This document shows positions 56,563 to 56,676 of a DNA stretch of 56,676 nucleotides, one piece after another. A program made the position numbers and the translations under genes. The first letter of the stretch is position 1. Every line of letters starts with the position of its first letter. The notes below the pieces were generated by a model that did no database searches, was not told the origin of the DNA, and worked only from the letters and a program-made list of their open reading frames with translations. Source of the DNA: an uncultured Rickettsiales bacterium (lineage in GTDB: Bacteria; Myxococcota_A; UBA796; UBA9615; CAYRNR01); NCBI GenBank assembly GCA_964493735.1, contig CAZBPN010000007.1, positions 2,302 to 58,977 of the forward strand, given 5' to 3'.

Positions 56563-56676
56563 CGGGACCTCCAGCGCGGAGGAGGATCATGCGGTCCAGG
56601 GGGCGGATCAGACAAGGGGGGGCGAAAAGGAGCTCGGGAGGAAGACATGGCGTGACGAGCACGCCATGGCACCCGG

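Noticed and set aside
56646-56668. Perfect 9-bp inverted repeat CATGGCGTG-ACGAG-CACGCCATG upstream of hutI, and a similar 9-bp stem CGATCCCCG...CGGGGATCG at 24388-24428 next to the histidine kinase RBS
   Set aside because: Neither is followed by a U-tract. My rough estimate is that 9-bp inverted repeats with loops up to about 30 nt should occur tens of times by chance in 56 kb of DNA this GC-rich. They are not significant on their own.

Overview
This is a very GC-rich bacterial chromosomal segment. Hand counts of single 60-nt lines give about 45/60 G+C in ordinary regions. The gene content looks Myxococcota-like: a eukaryote-type Ser/Thr kinase with PEGA domains, MYXO-CTERM-type C-terminal anchors, MopE-like Cys/Asp 'putative metal-binding' repeats, and many lipoproteins. 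I call 46 CDS entries, which is 45 genes if the split membrane protein is one gene. One is a partial gene at the left edge that the supplied ORF track misses. I found no rRNA, tRNA, CRISPR array, transposase or integrase. Layout: (i) 1-20 kb holds secreted, lipoprotein and envelope genes. These are two divergent phosphodiesterase-BNR fusion paralogs, a clan GH-A glycosidase, an arylsulfotransferase-like lipoprotein, a Pat-like acetyltransferase, an FGE-domain lipoprotein, a DUF2079 membrane protein, a MepA-like endopeptidase, a radical SAM/SPASM enzyme next to two Cys-rich mini-lipoproteins, and a Kelch lipoprotein. (ii) 20-30 kb is a signalling block: Ser/Thr kinase, Lon-like protease, hybrid histidine kinase, PEGA protein, TPR-parvulin and PilZ. 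(iii) 30-38 kb is a long co-directional, largely translationally coupled block: yebC-ruvC-ruvA-ruvB-DUF192-lpxC, then an uncharacterised membrane, B-box/Yip1 and DUF2752 cassette. (iv) 38-47.8 kb holds an S8 protease operon, recX-recD2, PilZ, pyrF and tatA. (v) 47.9-54.4 kb is a compositionally atypical three-gene island that ends in a fully low-complexity intergenic array. (vi) mtnA-hutI closes the window. Most of the very long ORFs in the track are Arg/Pro/Gly-rich shadow ORFs of the real genes. The best candidates for something new are the low-GC island with its repeat-array border, the B-box/Yip1-DUF2752 cassette, the rSAM/SPASM plus Cys-rich lipoprotein pair, the kinase-coupled Lon-like protease with degenerate ATPase motifs, and a recurrent lipobox-polyAsp module. 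All functional assignments come from motif recognition by eye; no database search was run.
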